Shown here: positions 1 to 8,807 of the stretch, piece by piece
How the letters are laid out: each line of letters starts with the position of its first letter
Numbering within the stretch: the stretch's first letter is position 1
Assembly (NCBI GenBank): GCA_041645285.1
Contig: JBAZQH010000002.1
Location: 1 to 41,046, forward strand
Length of the DNA stretch: 41,046 nucleotides
Source: Candidatus Margulisiibacteriota bacterium
GTDB lineage: Bacteria > Margulisbacteria > WOR-1 > JAHJIW01
Direction: 5' to 3'
Notes under the pieces: model-generated
What the model was told of the DNA's origin: nothing
The model's input: only the letters and a program-made list of their open reading frames with translations
The model's database searches: none
Program-made: the position numbers and the translations under genes

Positions 1-297
1 TGCCAATTCCACGGAAAGATTGAGCTGGTATCGTTAGTGCAAAAAACTGCGTTTTTCCCGCAGCCCGAGGTAAGCTCGGCAATCGTAAAAATCACGCCGC
101 ATAAAAATCCGCCATTGGTCGGCGCCCAAAAAGAAAGGTTTTTTGAGGTAGTGCATGCCGCCTTTCAGCAAAGGCGCAAAACCATGACTAATTCTCTCAA
201 GAAATTCGACATTAAGGATTGGCCGGTCAACCCGCAGAGAAGACCGGAAACCTTGTCGATTGATGAATTTATTGCCGTCAGCCGCGCCGCGTTATGA
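1..297 (+). CDS. rsmA: 16S rRNA dimethyladenosine transferase RsmA/KsgA, C-terminal fragment (5' end upstream of window)
   Basis: Frame 1 is open from base 1. The translation ...KTAFFPQPEVSSAIVKITP...AAFQQRRKTMTNSL...RRPETLSIDEF matches the conserved KsgA C-terminal region (FxPxPxVxS and QRRK motifs). Confidence 0.8.
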   Translation, partial: CQFHGKIELVSLVQKTAFFPQPEVSSAIVKITPHKNPPLVGAQKERFFEVVHAAFQQRRKTMTNSLKKFDIKDWPVNPQRRPETLSIDEFIAVSRAAL

Positions 298-302
298 TTT
301 CG

Positions 303-311
303 TGATATAAT
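303..311 (+). promoter_or_regulatory. Extended -10 promoter element TGATATAAT upstream of mdh
   Basis: A perfect TGnTATAAT lies 31 nt upstream of the mdh ATG, and a GGAG SD lies in the leader. Confidence 0.4.
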
Positions 312-342
312 TCTCAACAATTATTCGTTTTGGAGAAAAGTT

Positions 343-1266
343 ATGCCCAAAATCACTGTCATCGGCGCGGGTAATGTTGGCGCCGAATGCGCAAAAAAAT
401 TAGCGGAAAAAAACCTGGGCGAAATCGTACTGCTGGACATAGTAGAAGGCCTGCCGCAGGGTAAAGCTCTGGACATGCAACAGTCCGGCCCGGTCTGCGG
501 ATTTGACTCAAGCATCCGCGGAACCAATGATTATAAAGATACGGCTGGCTCAGACCTGGTAGTTATCACTTCAGGTCTGGCCCGCAAACCCGGGATGAGC
601 CGCGATGACTTACTGCAAAAAAACGCCGATATTATCCGCTCTGTAGTTTCACAAGCCGCCACCCAATCCCCCAATGCAGTGTTGTTAATGGTAGCCAACC
701 CGCTGGATGCCATGACTTATCTGGCCTGGAAAGTAAGCACTTTTCCCGCCCGCCGCGTTTTGGGCATGGCGCCGCTACTCGATGCCGCACGCATGGCCAC
801 GTTTATCGCCATGGAATTAAAAGTTTCCCGCAAAGCCGTTAATGCCATGGTGCTGGGCACCCACGGCGATTTAATGGTTCCCATCCCGCGCCTCTCAACC
901 GTCAACAGCAAACCCTTAACCCAACTGTTATCTAAAGAAAAAATTGACGCAATAATTAATCGCACCGCCAACGGCGGCGCCGAAATTGTAAATTTTCTAA
1001 AAACCGGCAGTGCTTACTACGCGCCGGGGGACTGCGCCGCTTACATGGCCGAAGCCATCATCAAAGACAAAAAAGAAACCATCTTAACCTGCGCTTACGT
1101 TGACGGCAAATACGAACTGAAAGATATTTATATCGGGGTGCCGGCGGTTTTGGGGAAAGGCGGCGTGGAAGAAGTGGTTGAGCTCGAATTAACGGCGGAA
1201 GAAAAAGCCCGGCTCAAAAAGTCGGCGGAGTCGATTAGAGAAAACATTGGAAAACTGGGGTATTAA
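343..1266 (+). CDS. mdh: Malate dehydrogenase (LDH-like family)
   Basis: N-terminal Rossmann motif ITVIGAGNVG. The substrate loop GLARKPGMSRDDL has Arg rather than Gln, the MDH signature. A GGAG Shine-Dalgarno (SD) sequence lies about 8 nt upstream of the ATG. Confidence 0.9.
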   Translation: MPKITVIGAGNVGAECAKKLAEKNLGEIVLLDIVEGLPQGKALDMQQSGPVCGFDSSIRGTNDYKDTAGSDLVVITSGLARKPGMSRDDLLQKNADIIRSVVSQAATQSPNAVLLMVANPLDAMTYLAWKVSTFPARRVLGMAPLLDAARMATFIAMELKVSRKAVNAMVLGTHGDLMVPIPRLSTVNSKPLTQLLSKEKIDAIINRTANGGAEIVNFLKTGSAYYAPGDCAAYMAEAIIKDKKETILTCAYVDGKYELKDIYIGVPAVLGKGGVEEVVELELTAEEKARLKKSAESIRENIGKLGY

Positions 1267-1268
1267 AC

Positions 1269-2111
1269 GTGCGCAACATCCCTGCCCGCCATATATCGGA
1301 AGCAATAAAAAACCTCTGCATCCGCGCCAACTATGAATTGCCGGAAGATGTTTTACGCGCCTTGAAATCCGCCCACCGCACCGAAACCAACTCTCGTGCC
1401 CGCGACATTTTGCAACAATTAATTGATAATGCCCGGATTGCCCGCACAAAAAAAATTCCGCTTTGCCAGGACACCGGGGTTGCGATTGTTTTTGTGGAAA
1501 CGGGACACGACGTAAAAATTACCGGCGGCACACTTACGGAAGCCATCCACGCCGGAATTTTGCAGGGCTACAAAGAGGGCTATTTAAGAAAATCCATTGT
1601 CCACCATCCAATCTTACGCAAAAATACCGGCACCAATTTACCCGCGCATATTCATATTGACCATGTGCCGGGCAATAAAATAAAAATCCACTTTTTAGCC
1701 AAAGGCGGCGGCGCCGAAAACTGCAGTCAGATAAAAATGTTTAAGCCCACCGTCGACCCGGAAGAAATTCAGGCCTTTGTGATTGGCGTGGTAAAACAAG
1801 CCGGGGCTTCAGCCTGCCCGCCGGTAATTGTGGGAGTAGGCATTGGCGGAACGTTTGACAAAGCCCCCTCTCTCGCCAAAAAAGCGCTCTTTCGCAAAAT
1901 CGGGTCCCGCAATAAAGATAAAACTGCCGCAGAAATGGAAAAAGAGCTGCTTGCCAAAATTAATCAAACCGGCATCGGCCCATCTGGCTTGGGCGGCAAA
2001 ACCACGGCGCTGGCGGTTTTTGTGGAAAGTTTTCCGTGCCATATTGCCAGCTTACCGGTAGCCGTGAATATGGAATGTCATGCTCATCGGGTCAAGGAAT
2101 GTGTGATATGA
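1269..2111 (+). CDS. Class I (Fe-S) fumarate hydratase / tartrate dehydratase, alpha subunit
   Basis: PLCQDTGVAIVF and KGGGAEN motifs are typical of the Fe-S hydro-lyase alpha subunit. GTG start 2 nt after the mdh stop. The stop overlaps the next ATG as ATGA. Confidence 0.85.
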   Translation: MRNIPARHISEAIKNLCIRANYELPEDVLRALKSAHRTETNSRARDILQQLIDNARIARTKKIPLCQDTGVAIVFVETGHDVKITGGTLTEAIHAGILQGYKEGYLRKSIVHHPILRKNTGTNLPAHIHIDHVPGNKIKIHFLAKGGGAENCSQIKMFKPTVDPEEIQAFVIGVVKQAGASACPPVIVGVGIGGTFDKAPSLAKKALFRKIGSRNKDKTAAEMEKELLAKINQTGIGPSGLGGKTTALAVFVESFPCHIASLPVAVNMECHAHRVKECVI

Positions 2112-2689
2112 AAAATCCAAAATCCCAAATCTCCCGCGAGGCGGGACAAAATCCCAATAAGGCAAAAACATTATACCTTCCTTTGCAAGGATCTCCAGAA
2201 TTACAGAGCCTACAAACTGGTGATAAAGTGTTGCTTAGCGGCACTCTCTACACGGCCCGCGACCAGGCACATAAAAAATTGGCGGCGGCGCTGGTAGCAG
2301 GGAAAAAATTGCCATTTAACCCGGCCGGGCAAGCCCTATATTATGTAGGTCCAACTCCGGCACGGCCGGGGCGCGTCATTGGGGCAGCGGGTCCCACCAC
2401 GGCATCGCGGATGGATGCTTTTGCTCCAACCCTTTACGATGCCGGCATAAAAATCACCATTGGTAAAGGAAATCGCAGCTCAGAAGTAGTAGCTTCTTGC
2501 AAAAAAAACGGGGCGGTGTATTTGGTGGCCACCGGCGGCGCAGGGGCCCTGCTCTCCACATACATAAAATCCGCTAAAATAGTTGCTTTCCCGGAGCTGG
2601 GACCAGAAGCAATTTATCGGCTCGAAGTAAAAAATTTCCCGGCAATTGTCGCCATTGACGCAAAAGGAAATAACCTTTTTAGGCAGTAA
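2108..2689 (+). CDS. Class I fumarate hydratase / tartrate dehydratase, beta subunit
   Basis: LSGTLYTARDQAHKKL...YYVGPTPARPG...GPTTASRMD...IGKG is the conserved Fe-S hydro-lyase beta pattern. I chose the ATG at 2108 (ATGA overlap with the alpha stop) over the upstream track start at 2036, which lies inside the alpha gene. Confidence 0.85.
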   Translation: MKNPKSQISREAGQNPNKAKTLYLPLQGSPELQSLQTGDKVLLSGTLYTARDQAHKKLAAALVAGKKLPFNPAGQALYYVGPTPARPGRVIGAAGPTTASRMDAFAPTLYDAGIKITIGKGNRSSEVVASCKKNGAVYLVATGGAGALLSTYIKSAKIVAFPELGPEAIYRLEVKNFPAIVAIDAKGNNLFRQ

Positions 2690-2693
2690 AACC

Positions 2694-3695
2694 ATGATCA
2701 ACAAACAATTAATCAGTATTGCCGCTTTGCTCATATTGCTTGGATCAGTTTCGCCTGCACTCTGTGCCGCCTCCCCTCCTCCCACCCCCACATCCGCGAC
2801 GGCAGAAACCGCACCCGCAACGGGAGAAACTGCTCCCGCTGCTACCCCGGTCTTATACGACGGCCTGTGGTTTTTAGGTTTCAACCTGAATAAAGACATT
2901 TTCAGCGACCGGCACGGAGTACAAGTAAAAAAAGCAATTGGGCAGGCCCTGGATCGCGAGACCATCGCAAAAACTATCATGGGCAGCCCGGTGGTCCCGG
3001 ACAGCATTGTCCCCAAAACCATGGATGGTTATCTAGCCAAAAGCTATGCCCCGGCCTATTCTGCCAAAGCGGCTAAAGCAATTTTAAGATCTGCCGGATA
3101 TTCTGCCGCAGACAAAAGGTTAGACGGATTGAGCTTACTGCACACCGACGGCGTTAAAACTATTCAAATTGCCAAATTAATCAAAAAAAATCTGGCCGCC
3201 ATCGGCATTAAAATTGACCTGGTCCAGGTTGCCTACCGCGACGAAGAAAAATGGCAAACCGCACTGCAAAGCGGAAAATTCCATATGTTTTTATTGGGTT
3301 ACAAGGCCTCCAGTTTTGGCGCATTGTTTATCGGTGACACCAAAACCCTGGTTTTCCATAAAATCGGGTGCGCCCAGCTGCCCGGCCCCGACTACCAGGT
3401 ATTTTTTAGCAGCTTTGCAGAAGGGCAAGCGCGCGGGTATGCTCCCTGCAAAATTTGCCAGCCCGCCAAAGAAGCTCCGGTTAATGCTTACGACCTGCTC
3501 AATCCCCTGTTTTACTCAAAAGGCAGCGCCAACTTTTGTTTTTACCAAAACGAAAAAATTGACAACCTGCTCGACCAGCTGGCAATCATGGACGTTTCGC
3601 TGGGCACGGAGAGAAACGAAAAATTCCTGAAAATTAACTCGATCTTGTGCGAGGAATTGCCGGTAATCCCGTTGTTTTACATTGAAAAATTATAA
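2694..3695 (+). CDS. Secreted, truncated family-5 solute-binding-protein-like protein with an Ada-N-terminal-like Cys motif insertion
   Basis: ATG at 2694 gives a signal peptide (MINKQLISIAALLILLGSVSPALCA) followed by a Pro/Thr/Ala linker. The middle and C-terminal parts resemble SBP_bac_5 (..AIGQALDRETIAK.., ..YQNEKIDNLLDQ..ERNEKF..LPVIPLFY). The inserted segment is FHKIGC...GQARGYAPCKICQP. Confidence 0.55.
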   Translation: MINKQLISIAALLILLGSVSPALCAASPPPTPTSATAETAPATGETAPAATPVLYDGLWFLGFNLNKDIFSDRHGVQVKKAIGQALDRETIAKTIMGSPVVPDSIVPKTMDGYLAKSYAPAYSAKAAKAILRSAGYSAADKRLDGLSLLHTDGVKTIQIAKLIKKNLAAIGIKIDLVQVAYRDEEKWQTALQSGKFHMFLLGYKASSFGALFIGDTKTLVFHKIGCAQLPGPDYQVFFSSFAEGQARGYAPCKICQPAKEAPVNAYDLLNPLFYSKGSANFCFYQNEKIDNLLDQLAIMDVSLGTERNEKFLKINSILCEELPVIPLFYIEKL

Positions 3696-3696
3696 G

Positions 3697-3909
3697 ATGG
3701 AACTTTTTATCCGGGTAAAAAAAGAAAGCGTACTGGACATTTGTGCTTTTTTTGAATATTTTGAAGGCCTGACCGCAATCCGCACGCCTAATCCGGAAAC
3801 CGGCGACCTGACCACCCTGCACATTCTGGCCGCGGATGATTTTAAGAAGGAATTTGATATATTATTGGAAAGGATGCAAAAGAGAATACCGTGGACCTTG
3901 ACCAATTAA
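3697..3909 (+). CDS. Small DUF4911-like protein (hypothetical)
   Basis: A 70-aa ORF (ELFIRVKKESVLDICAFFEYFEGLTAIRT...LHILAADDFKKEFDILLERM) resembles the DUF4911 family as I remember it. It sits in a co-directional gene string. Confidence 0.45.
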   Translation: MELFIRVKKESVLDICAFFEYFEGLTAIRTPNPETGDLTTLHILAADDFKKEFDILLERMQKRIPWTLTN

Positions 3910-4421
3910 GCGAACAACTGGAAAAATATTGGCGGGACTTTAAAGTTGCTTTCATCCCCAAGCAAAAAGCGGACACCATTTATGACCTCGACCCGGCCGG
4001 GCTAAAAGAAAAAGGGATTAAGGCCCTGATCCTGGATTTGGACGATACTTTATTGCCCAAAACCTCTTCGGATATCACGCCCAAGCTCTATGCTTTCATC
4101 GAAAACTTAAAAAGCCAGGGATTTACCATCTGCATTTCTTCCAACAACCGCTTTCCCAAACGCGTGGAATTTATTGCCAAAACCCTGGATCTACCGCACT
4201 TTTCTCTGGCCCTGAAACCCCTCCCCGCCCCCTTTGCCAAAGCGCTGGAAATTTTAGGATCAAAAAAAGAAGAGACCGCAATTATCGGGGACCAGCTTTT
4301 TACCGACATCCTGGGAGGAAATTTATTTGGGATCTACACAATCCTGGTTAAACCCATAACCAAGGAAACCTTTGTGTTGCGCCAATGGATGCGTGATTTG
4401 GAGAGGTTTTTCCTGGAATAG
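3891..4421 (+). CDS. YqeG-family HAD-IIIA phosphatase
   Basis: HAD motif I DLDDTLL, motif ISSNN, and GDQLFTDILGGN. The length and overall pattern are typical of the YqeG subfamily. GTG start. Confidence 0.75.
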   Translation: MDLDQLSEQLEKYWRDFKVAFIPKQKADTIYDLDPAGLKEKGIKALILDLDDTLLPKTSSDITPKLYAFIENLKSQGFTICISSNNRFPKRVEFIAKTLDLPHFSLALKPLPAPFAKALEILGSKKEETAIIGDQLFTDILGGNLFGIYTILVKPITKETFVLRQWMRDLERFFLE

Positions 4422-4432
4422 AAGGTGGCCTT

Positions 4433-5038
4433 TTATCGCGCCCGCCGCAGGGCCTGCTTGACGATGTTTTCCGTCCCCGAGGATAAAACTGCACTATCCA
4501 ACCCGGCAATAATTGCTTCTGCCTCCCGTGCCATATAACCCAGCGCCACCAGGGCGGCAATGGCATCCGCCGCTTCCGAACTTTTTCCCTTGAACAAATC
4601 AATTTTCATGTCTGCGCCCCCCACCACCCCAAATGCCCGGCTTACTTTTTCGCGCAATTCAATGACAATTTTTTGCGCGGTCTTTTTCCCCACGCCGGGA
4701 ACTGCGGTAATCAAATCCACCTCACCTTTGGTAATGGCAGTTACCAATTTATCCAAACTGAAAGCACCAATTATCGCTACCGCAGTTTTGGGCCCCACCC
4801 CATTGACCTTCAATAAAATCTTAAAAAGATTGCGCTCTTCTTTGGCCAAAAACCCGTAAAGGGAAATATCGTCTTCGCGCACCACCTGGAAAGTAAAAAG
4901 CTTTATCTCCTGGCCAACCTCGGGCAGGCGGGGAATAATTGAGGCGGGAATGGTAACCTGATAACCAATATTGCCAACGTCAACCACGACATGATCATGG
5001 TCTTTGTGTTCAAGTTTGCCCGCCAGATGAGAAATCAT
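4433..5038 (-). CDS. ruvA: Holliday junction branch migration complex subunit RuvA
   Basis: MISHLAGKL..., the HhH region LLKVNGVGPKTA...VPGVGKKTAQKIV, and a C-terminal domain III. Confidence 0.9.
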   Translation of the reverse strand: MISHLAGKLEHKDHDHVVVDVGNIGYQVTIPASIIPRLPEVGQEIKLFTFQVVREDDISLYGFLAKEERNLFKILLKVNGVGPKTAVAIIGAFSLDKLVTAITKGEVDLITAVPGVGKKTAQKIVIELREKVSRAFGVVGGADMKIDLFKGKSSEAADAIAALVALGYMAREAEAIIAGLDSAVLSSGTENIVKQALRRAR

Positions 5039-5054
5039 AAAATTAATTTAAAAA

Positions 5055-5528
5055 TTAAAACCGGTACGTATGCGCGTGACACATGGCAATCGCCAGGGCG
5101 TCAGCGGCGTCATCGGGGCGGGGGATTTTTTCCAGATTAAGCAGTGTCTTAACCATTTGCTGGACCTGCCTTTTATCCGCCCGGCCAAAACCCGTGACTG
5201 CCATTTTTACGTGGAGGGGATTATATTCGAACACTGCCAGGCCGGTTTCGTTGGCGCCCAGCAAAATTACGCCGCGCGCCTGTCCTACCCCCATGGCCGT
5301 CTTGGTATTGCTGCCAAAATACAGCTTTTCCAACGCCATTTGATGAGGCTTAAATTTATTCACAATTTTGGTTAACTCTGCAAAAATAATGCCGAGGCGT
5401 TTTTCATCGGAAAGTTTGGCCGGGGTCTTGATACAGCCGCAACCTAAATATTTGACTGCGTTCTTGGTTTTTTCAATTACTCCCCAGCCGGTAGTGGCGG
5501 TTCCGGGATCAATACCTATGATTAACAT
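5055..5528 (-). CDS. ruvC: Crossover junction endodeoxyribonuclease RuvC
   Basis: IIGIDPGTATTGWGVI..., ...YNPLHVKMAVTGFGRADKRQVQ...DAADALAIA are RuvC catalytic and conserved motifs. It lies directly upstream of ruvA on the same strand. Confidence 0.9.
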   Translation of the reverse strand: MLIIGIDPGTATTGWGVIEKTKNAVKYLGCGCIKTPAKLSDEKRLGIIFAELTKIVNKFKPHQMALEKLYFGSNTKTAMGVGQARGVILLGANETGLAVFEYNPLHVKMAVTGFGRADKRQVQQMVKTLLNLEKIPRPDDAADALAIAMCHAHTYRF

Positions 5529-5608
5529 AAGCTCTTTTATCCTTTTCTTTTGGCTTAATTATACTCCATATATTTAAGTAAAGCGAGGCGTCTATACCCC
5601 TGGAGCAA

Positions 5609-5655
5609 GGGCCCGACTGTTTGAGCCCCGGCTGGCCGGGGCGAGTTTCGGGCCC
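5609..5655. other. GC-rich nested inverted repeat (two-tier hairpin) in the ruvC/rnfC divergent intergenic region
   Basis: The outer arms GGGCCCGA (5609-5616) and TCGGGCCC (5648-5655) enclose the perfect palindrome GCCCCGGC-TG-GCCGGGGC (5625-5642). Confidence 0.5.
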
Positions 5656-5666
5656 GAGCGACTCAT

Positions 5667-5695
5667 TTGATGCCCTAACTGCAAAATGATATACT
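5667..5695 (+). promoter_or_regulatory. Sigma70-like promoter of rnfC: TTGATG, 17-nt spacer, (TGa)TATACT
   Basis: The -35 box is at 5667-5672 and the extended -10 at 5687-5695. Only 10 nt separate the -10 box from the ATG, and there is no SD. Confidence 0.45.
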
Positions 5696-5705
5696 CAATC
5701 CCGCC

Positions 5706-7037
5706 ATGCCAAAAACTTTTTCCGGCGGTATCTTTCTTGAAGATCAGAAAAATTTAACCGCCGACAAACCTATCCGCAAGGCCCCGGCTCCCGCCCTTGC
5801 CATCCTTCCGCTCCAGCAGCACGCCGGTTGCCCCGCCGAACCAAAAGTAGCAGTTGGCGCTATGGTGCAAATCGGGCAGTTGATTGGGGACAGTGAAAAA
5901 TTTATTACCGCGGCAATTCATGCTCCCGTTTGCGGCAAGGTCATCGCAATTGATCGCCGCCTGCACCCTAACGGCATTAAATTATTATCTATCGTCATCG
6001 AAAACAGCGGGGAAACAACCGTCCACCCGTCGGTAACACCACCTTTGCCGCCGGAAAATTTATCCCCTGACCAAATCCGCCAAATTGTGCGGCGGGCAGG
6101 GATTGTGGGAATGGGCGGAGGGGCCTTTCCGGCCCACGTAAAACTGACGCCGCCACCCGGGAAAAAAATTGAATCCGTCATCATCAATGGCGCCGAATGC
6201 GAGCCGTATTTGACCGGCGATTACCGGTTAATGCTGGAACAGCCGGAAAATATCCTTTGGGGGCTTTGGGCAGTGATGCAGGCCACCGGAGCCATCCATG
6301 GCATCATTGCAATCGAGGATAACAAGCCCGCCGCGATCCGCGTCCTTTTGCAAACTCTCCAAAACATAACTTTACCGCAAAACCGGCAAAATGACATCCG
6401 GATTGAAATTTTAGCCGCCAAATACCCGCAAGGGTCAGAAAAACAAATGATTAAATCAATCTTAGGCCGTGAGGTCCCTTCCGGAGGCCTCCCCGCTGAT
6501 TCCCATTGCATTGTAACCAATGTCGCCACCGCCGCCACCATTGCCAGTACAATTAAAACCGGCAGTCCCTTAATTGACAGGGTCATAACCGTAAGCGGCG
6601 GAAACATTAAAAACCCCGCCAACCTTTTATGCCGCATCGGCACGCCATTTATTGATTTAATCAACGCGTGCGGCGGCTTTTTGGAAGAACCAACCAAAAT
6701 TATCATGGGCGGGCCGATGATGGGAATTGCCGTGCCGGGTATTGACGTCCCGGTCCTCAAATGTACCACTGGTATCCTGTCCCTTTCAAAAGCCGAAATG
6801 GCGGAATCCTTGGTACAGCCCTGTATCCGCTGTGCACGCTGCGTTGACGCCTGTCCGCAATTGCTCTTGCCAAACCTGCTGGGTGATTTTTCCGAACACA
6901 ACCACCACCCGCAGGCCAAAGAATACGGCGCCCAAGATTGCATAGAATGCGGAATCTGTGCCTATGTTTGTCCGGCTAAAAGAAATTTGGTGCAATTAAT
7001 CAAAGTCAGCAAGCAAGTTATTAATTCTCAGTCATAG
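5706..7037 (+). CDS. rnfC: Rnf electron transport complex subunit C
   Basis: N-terminal FSGGIF...PLQQHAG, the NADH/FMN-binding region GMGGGAFPAHVKL, and two 4Fe-4S motifs (CIRCARCVDACP, CIECGICAYVCP). Confidence 0.9.
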   Translation: MPKTFSGGIFLEDQKNLTADKPIRKAPAPALAILPLQQHAGCPAEPKVAVGAMVQIGQLIGDSEKFITAAIHAPVCGKVIAIDRRLHPNGIKLLSIVIENSGETTVHPSVTPPLPPENLSPDQIRQIVRRAGIVGMGGGAFPAHVKLTPPPGKKIESVIINGAECEPYLTGDYRLMLEQPENILWGLWAVMQATGAIHGIIAIEDNKPAAIRVLLQTLQNITLPQNRQNDIRIEILAAKYPQGSEKQMIKSILGREVPSGGLPADSHCIVTNVATAATIASTIKTGSPLIDRVITVSGGNIKNPANLLCRIGTPFIDLINACGGFLEEPTKIIMGGPMMGIAVPGIDVPVLKCTTGILSLSKAEMAESLVQPCIRCARCVDACPQLLLPNLLGDFSEHNHHPQAKEYGAQDCIECGICAYVCPAKRNLVQLIKVSKQVINSQS

Positions 7038-7047
7038 GAAAAAAATA

Positions 7048-7953
7048 ATGCCAGATTTAATTATTTCTCCCGGCCCGCATATCAAGGACAAAAAAGATAA
7101 TGCCCAAATCATGCGGGAGGTCCTGATTGCGCTGATTCCCGCCAGTGCCGCCGCCATGTTTTTCTTTGGCCGATCGGCGCTGCTGCTGATTTTTTGCGGG
7201 ATTGTCTCCGCAGTATTTTGCGAGTATCTGATTATAAAAGTTAAAAAGGTTCCGGTTACACCCGCCGACCTTTTAAGCGCAACCCTCACCGGACTGTTGC
7301 TGGCATTGATGGTTTCTCCAGTCACTGCCTGGTGGGCGGTAGGCATAGGATCCGCCGTAGCCATCATCATCGCCAAACACGCTTTCGGGGGGCTGGGACA
7401 TAACATCTTTAATCCAGCTTTGGTTGGCCGGGCATTCATGCTGGCCTCCTGGCCGGTAATGATGACGGCCTGGGTCCGGCCATTTGATGCCGTAACCAGC
7501 GCCACTCCGCTGGCGGAAAATCCCCTCCCCGTCACTTACCTGCAATTATTAATTGGCAACCATGCCGGGTCCATCGGCGAGACCTGCATCCTGGCATTAT
7601 TATTGGGGGCCGCTTACTTGTTTTGGCGCCGGGTAATTGAATGGCGCATCCCGGTTGCATACCTTTGCGCTGTGGTGGTTTTTTCAATATTGCTTAGGCT
7701 GGACTCGATTTTCCAGCTTTTAGCGGGCGGGTTAGTCCTTGGCGCATTTTTCATGGCTACCGACCCGGTTACCTCACCGGTCACTAAATCCGGCCGGTGG
7801 ATTTTTGGGATTGGCGCGGGAATCATTACCGTGGTTATTCGGATTTCCGGAGGGTATCCGGAGGGGGTTTGCTACGCAATTTTAATCATGAATGCGGCCA
7901 CGCCGCTGTTAGACCGTTATGCCCGGGGAAGGATTTTTGGCCATGGCAGATAA
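7048..7953 (+). CDS. rnfD: Rnf electron transport complex subunit D
   Basis: Polytopic membrane protein with NPALVGRAF and FFMATDPVTSP motifs characteristic of RnfD/NqrB. Confidence 0.9.
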   Translation: MPDLIISPGPHIKDKKDNAQIMREVLIALIPASAAAMFFFGRSALLLIFCGIVSAVFCEYLIIKVKKVPVTPADLLSATLTGLLLALMVSPVTAWWAVGIGSAVAIIIAKHAFGGLGHNIFNPALVGRAFMLASWPVMMTAWVRPFDAVTSATPLAENPLPVTYLQLLIGNHAGSIGETCILALLLGAAYLFWRRVIEWRIPVAYLCAVVVFSILLRLDSIFQLLAGGLVLGAFFMATDPVTSPVTKSGRWIFGIGAGIITVVIRISGGYPEGVCYAILIMNAATPLLDRYARGRIFGHGR

Positions 7954-8476
7954 ATCCAAAAATTTAAATGAATATTTAAGATTAGGATTGTTCCTCTTTG
8001 TGATCAGCGCTGTCGCGGCCGGCCTATTAGCCGGGGTTTACCTGGTTACGGCTCCAAAAATTTCCGCGCAAAAAGCCCAAGAAACCCGGCAGGCGTTAAC
8101 CCAACTTTTGCCCGCCGCCCAAACCTTCAATCAATTAACCACGTCAACCTGGTCCGGCTCAAAAGAAGGCAGTGAAATCGGCCGGATTTACCTGGAAAAG
8201 CCCATGGGTTACAGCGGCCCGATTGAAATTCTGGTGGCAATCGAATCCCGGATGCGGGTGGCCGGGGTCAAAATCTTAAGTATGGCTGAAACCCCCGGCT
8301 TGGGGACCAAAGTTCTCTCGCCTCAATTTTTGCAGCAATTCATTGGGAAGTCAGGGAAAGATCCAATCAATCCAAAAGAAGATATTGACGCCATTACCGG
8401 GGCCACCATAACTTCACGCGCAGTTTGCAAAGGGGTAAAATCCGCCCTGGAAAAATATTCGTCAAAGCAGCCGTAA
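7943..8476 (+). CDS. rnfG: Rnf electron transport complex subunit G (FMN-binding)
   Basis: A single N-terminal TM helix and the FMN attachment motif DAITGATITSRAV. I prefer the ATG at 7943 (11-nt overlap with rnfD) over the track start at 7919. Confidence 0.8.
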   Translation: MADKSKNLNEYLRLGLFLFVISAVAAGLLAGVYLVTAPKISAQKAQETRQALTQLLPAAQTFNQLTTSTWSGSKEGSEIGRIYLEKPMGYSGPIEILVAIESRMRVAGVKILSMAETPGLGTKVLSPQFLQQFIGKSGKDPINPKEDIDAITGATITSRAVCKGVKSALEKYSSKQP

Positions 8477-8477
8477 T

Positions 8478-8807
8478 CTAGAGAAACCGCAGTACCGAGG
8501 AAACCGCCCCATCCACCGAAGTCCGCAAGCTTTTTAAATAAGGCGCCACATGGCTTTCAATTGGGATTTCTTCATCCACCACCACTTTAACCTGCAAAAC
8601 CAATTCGCGGGCCAGGCGGCGGGGGAACTTTTTGCAAATATCCACAATCTCATCAATCAGCTTGTCTTCGAAATCAAAAAAGGCGTCGGCGTCATTTTTT
8701 TCGGTAAGGTGTGCAATGGCCTGATGAAAAAATTCTCGGCTGAAGCGGATCTTGGGAACCACTTTCTCCTGGGTCCGGCTGGCATAATCAAAATTTAACG
8801 TTTCCAT
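8478..8807 (-). CDS. Hypothetical protein (109 aa)
   Basis: ORF with a strong SD (AAGGAAGGGAG) 5-6 nt upstream of the ATG. I recognise no family. Confidence 0.5.
   Translation of the reverse strand: METLNFDYASRTQEKVVPKIRFSREFFHQAIAHLTEKNDADAFFDFEDKLIDEIVDICKKFPRRLARELVLQVKVVVDEEIPIESHVAPYLKSLRTSVDGAVSSVLRFL

Noticed and set aside
6221-6943. 240-aa ORF antisense to rnfC. Similar long shadow ORFs lie at 2480-3022, 7032-7535, 13848-14246, 27406-27999, 29958-30440, 31253-31858, 31955-32419, 36233-36826 and 37083-37607.
   Set aside because: Each lies entirely inside a well-supported gene on the opposite strand or in another frame. Their compositions are low-complexity and Arg/Ser/Pro/Ala-rich, which is typical of antisense frames. 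They have no motifs and no SD sequence.
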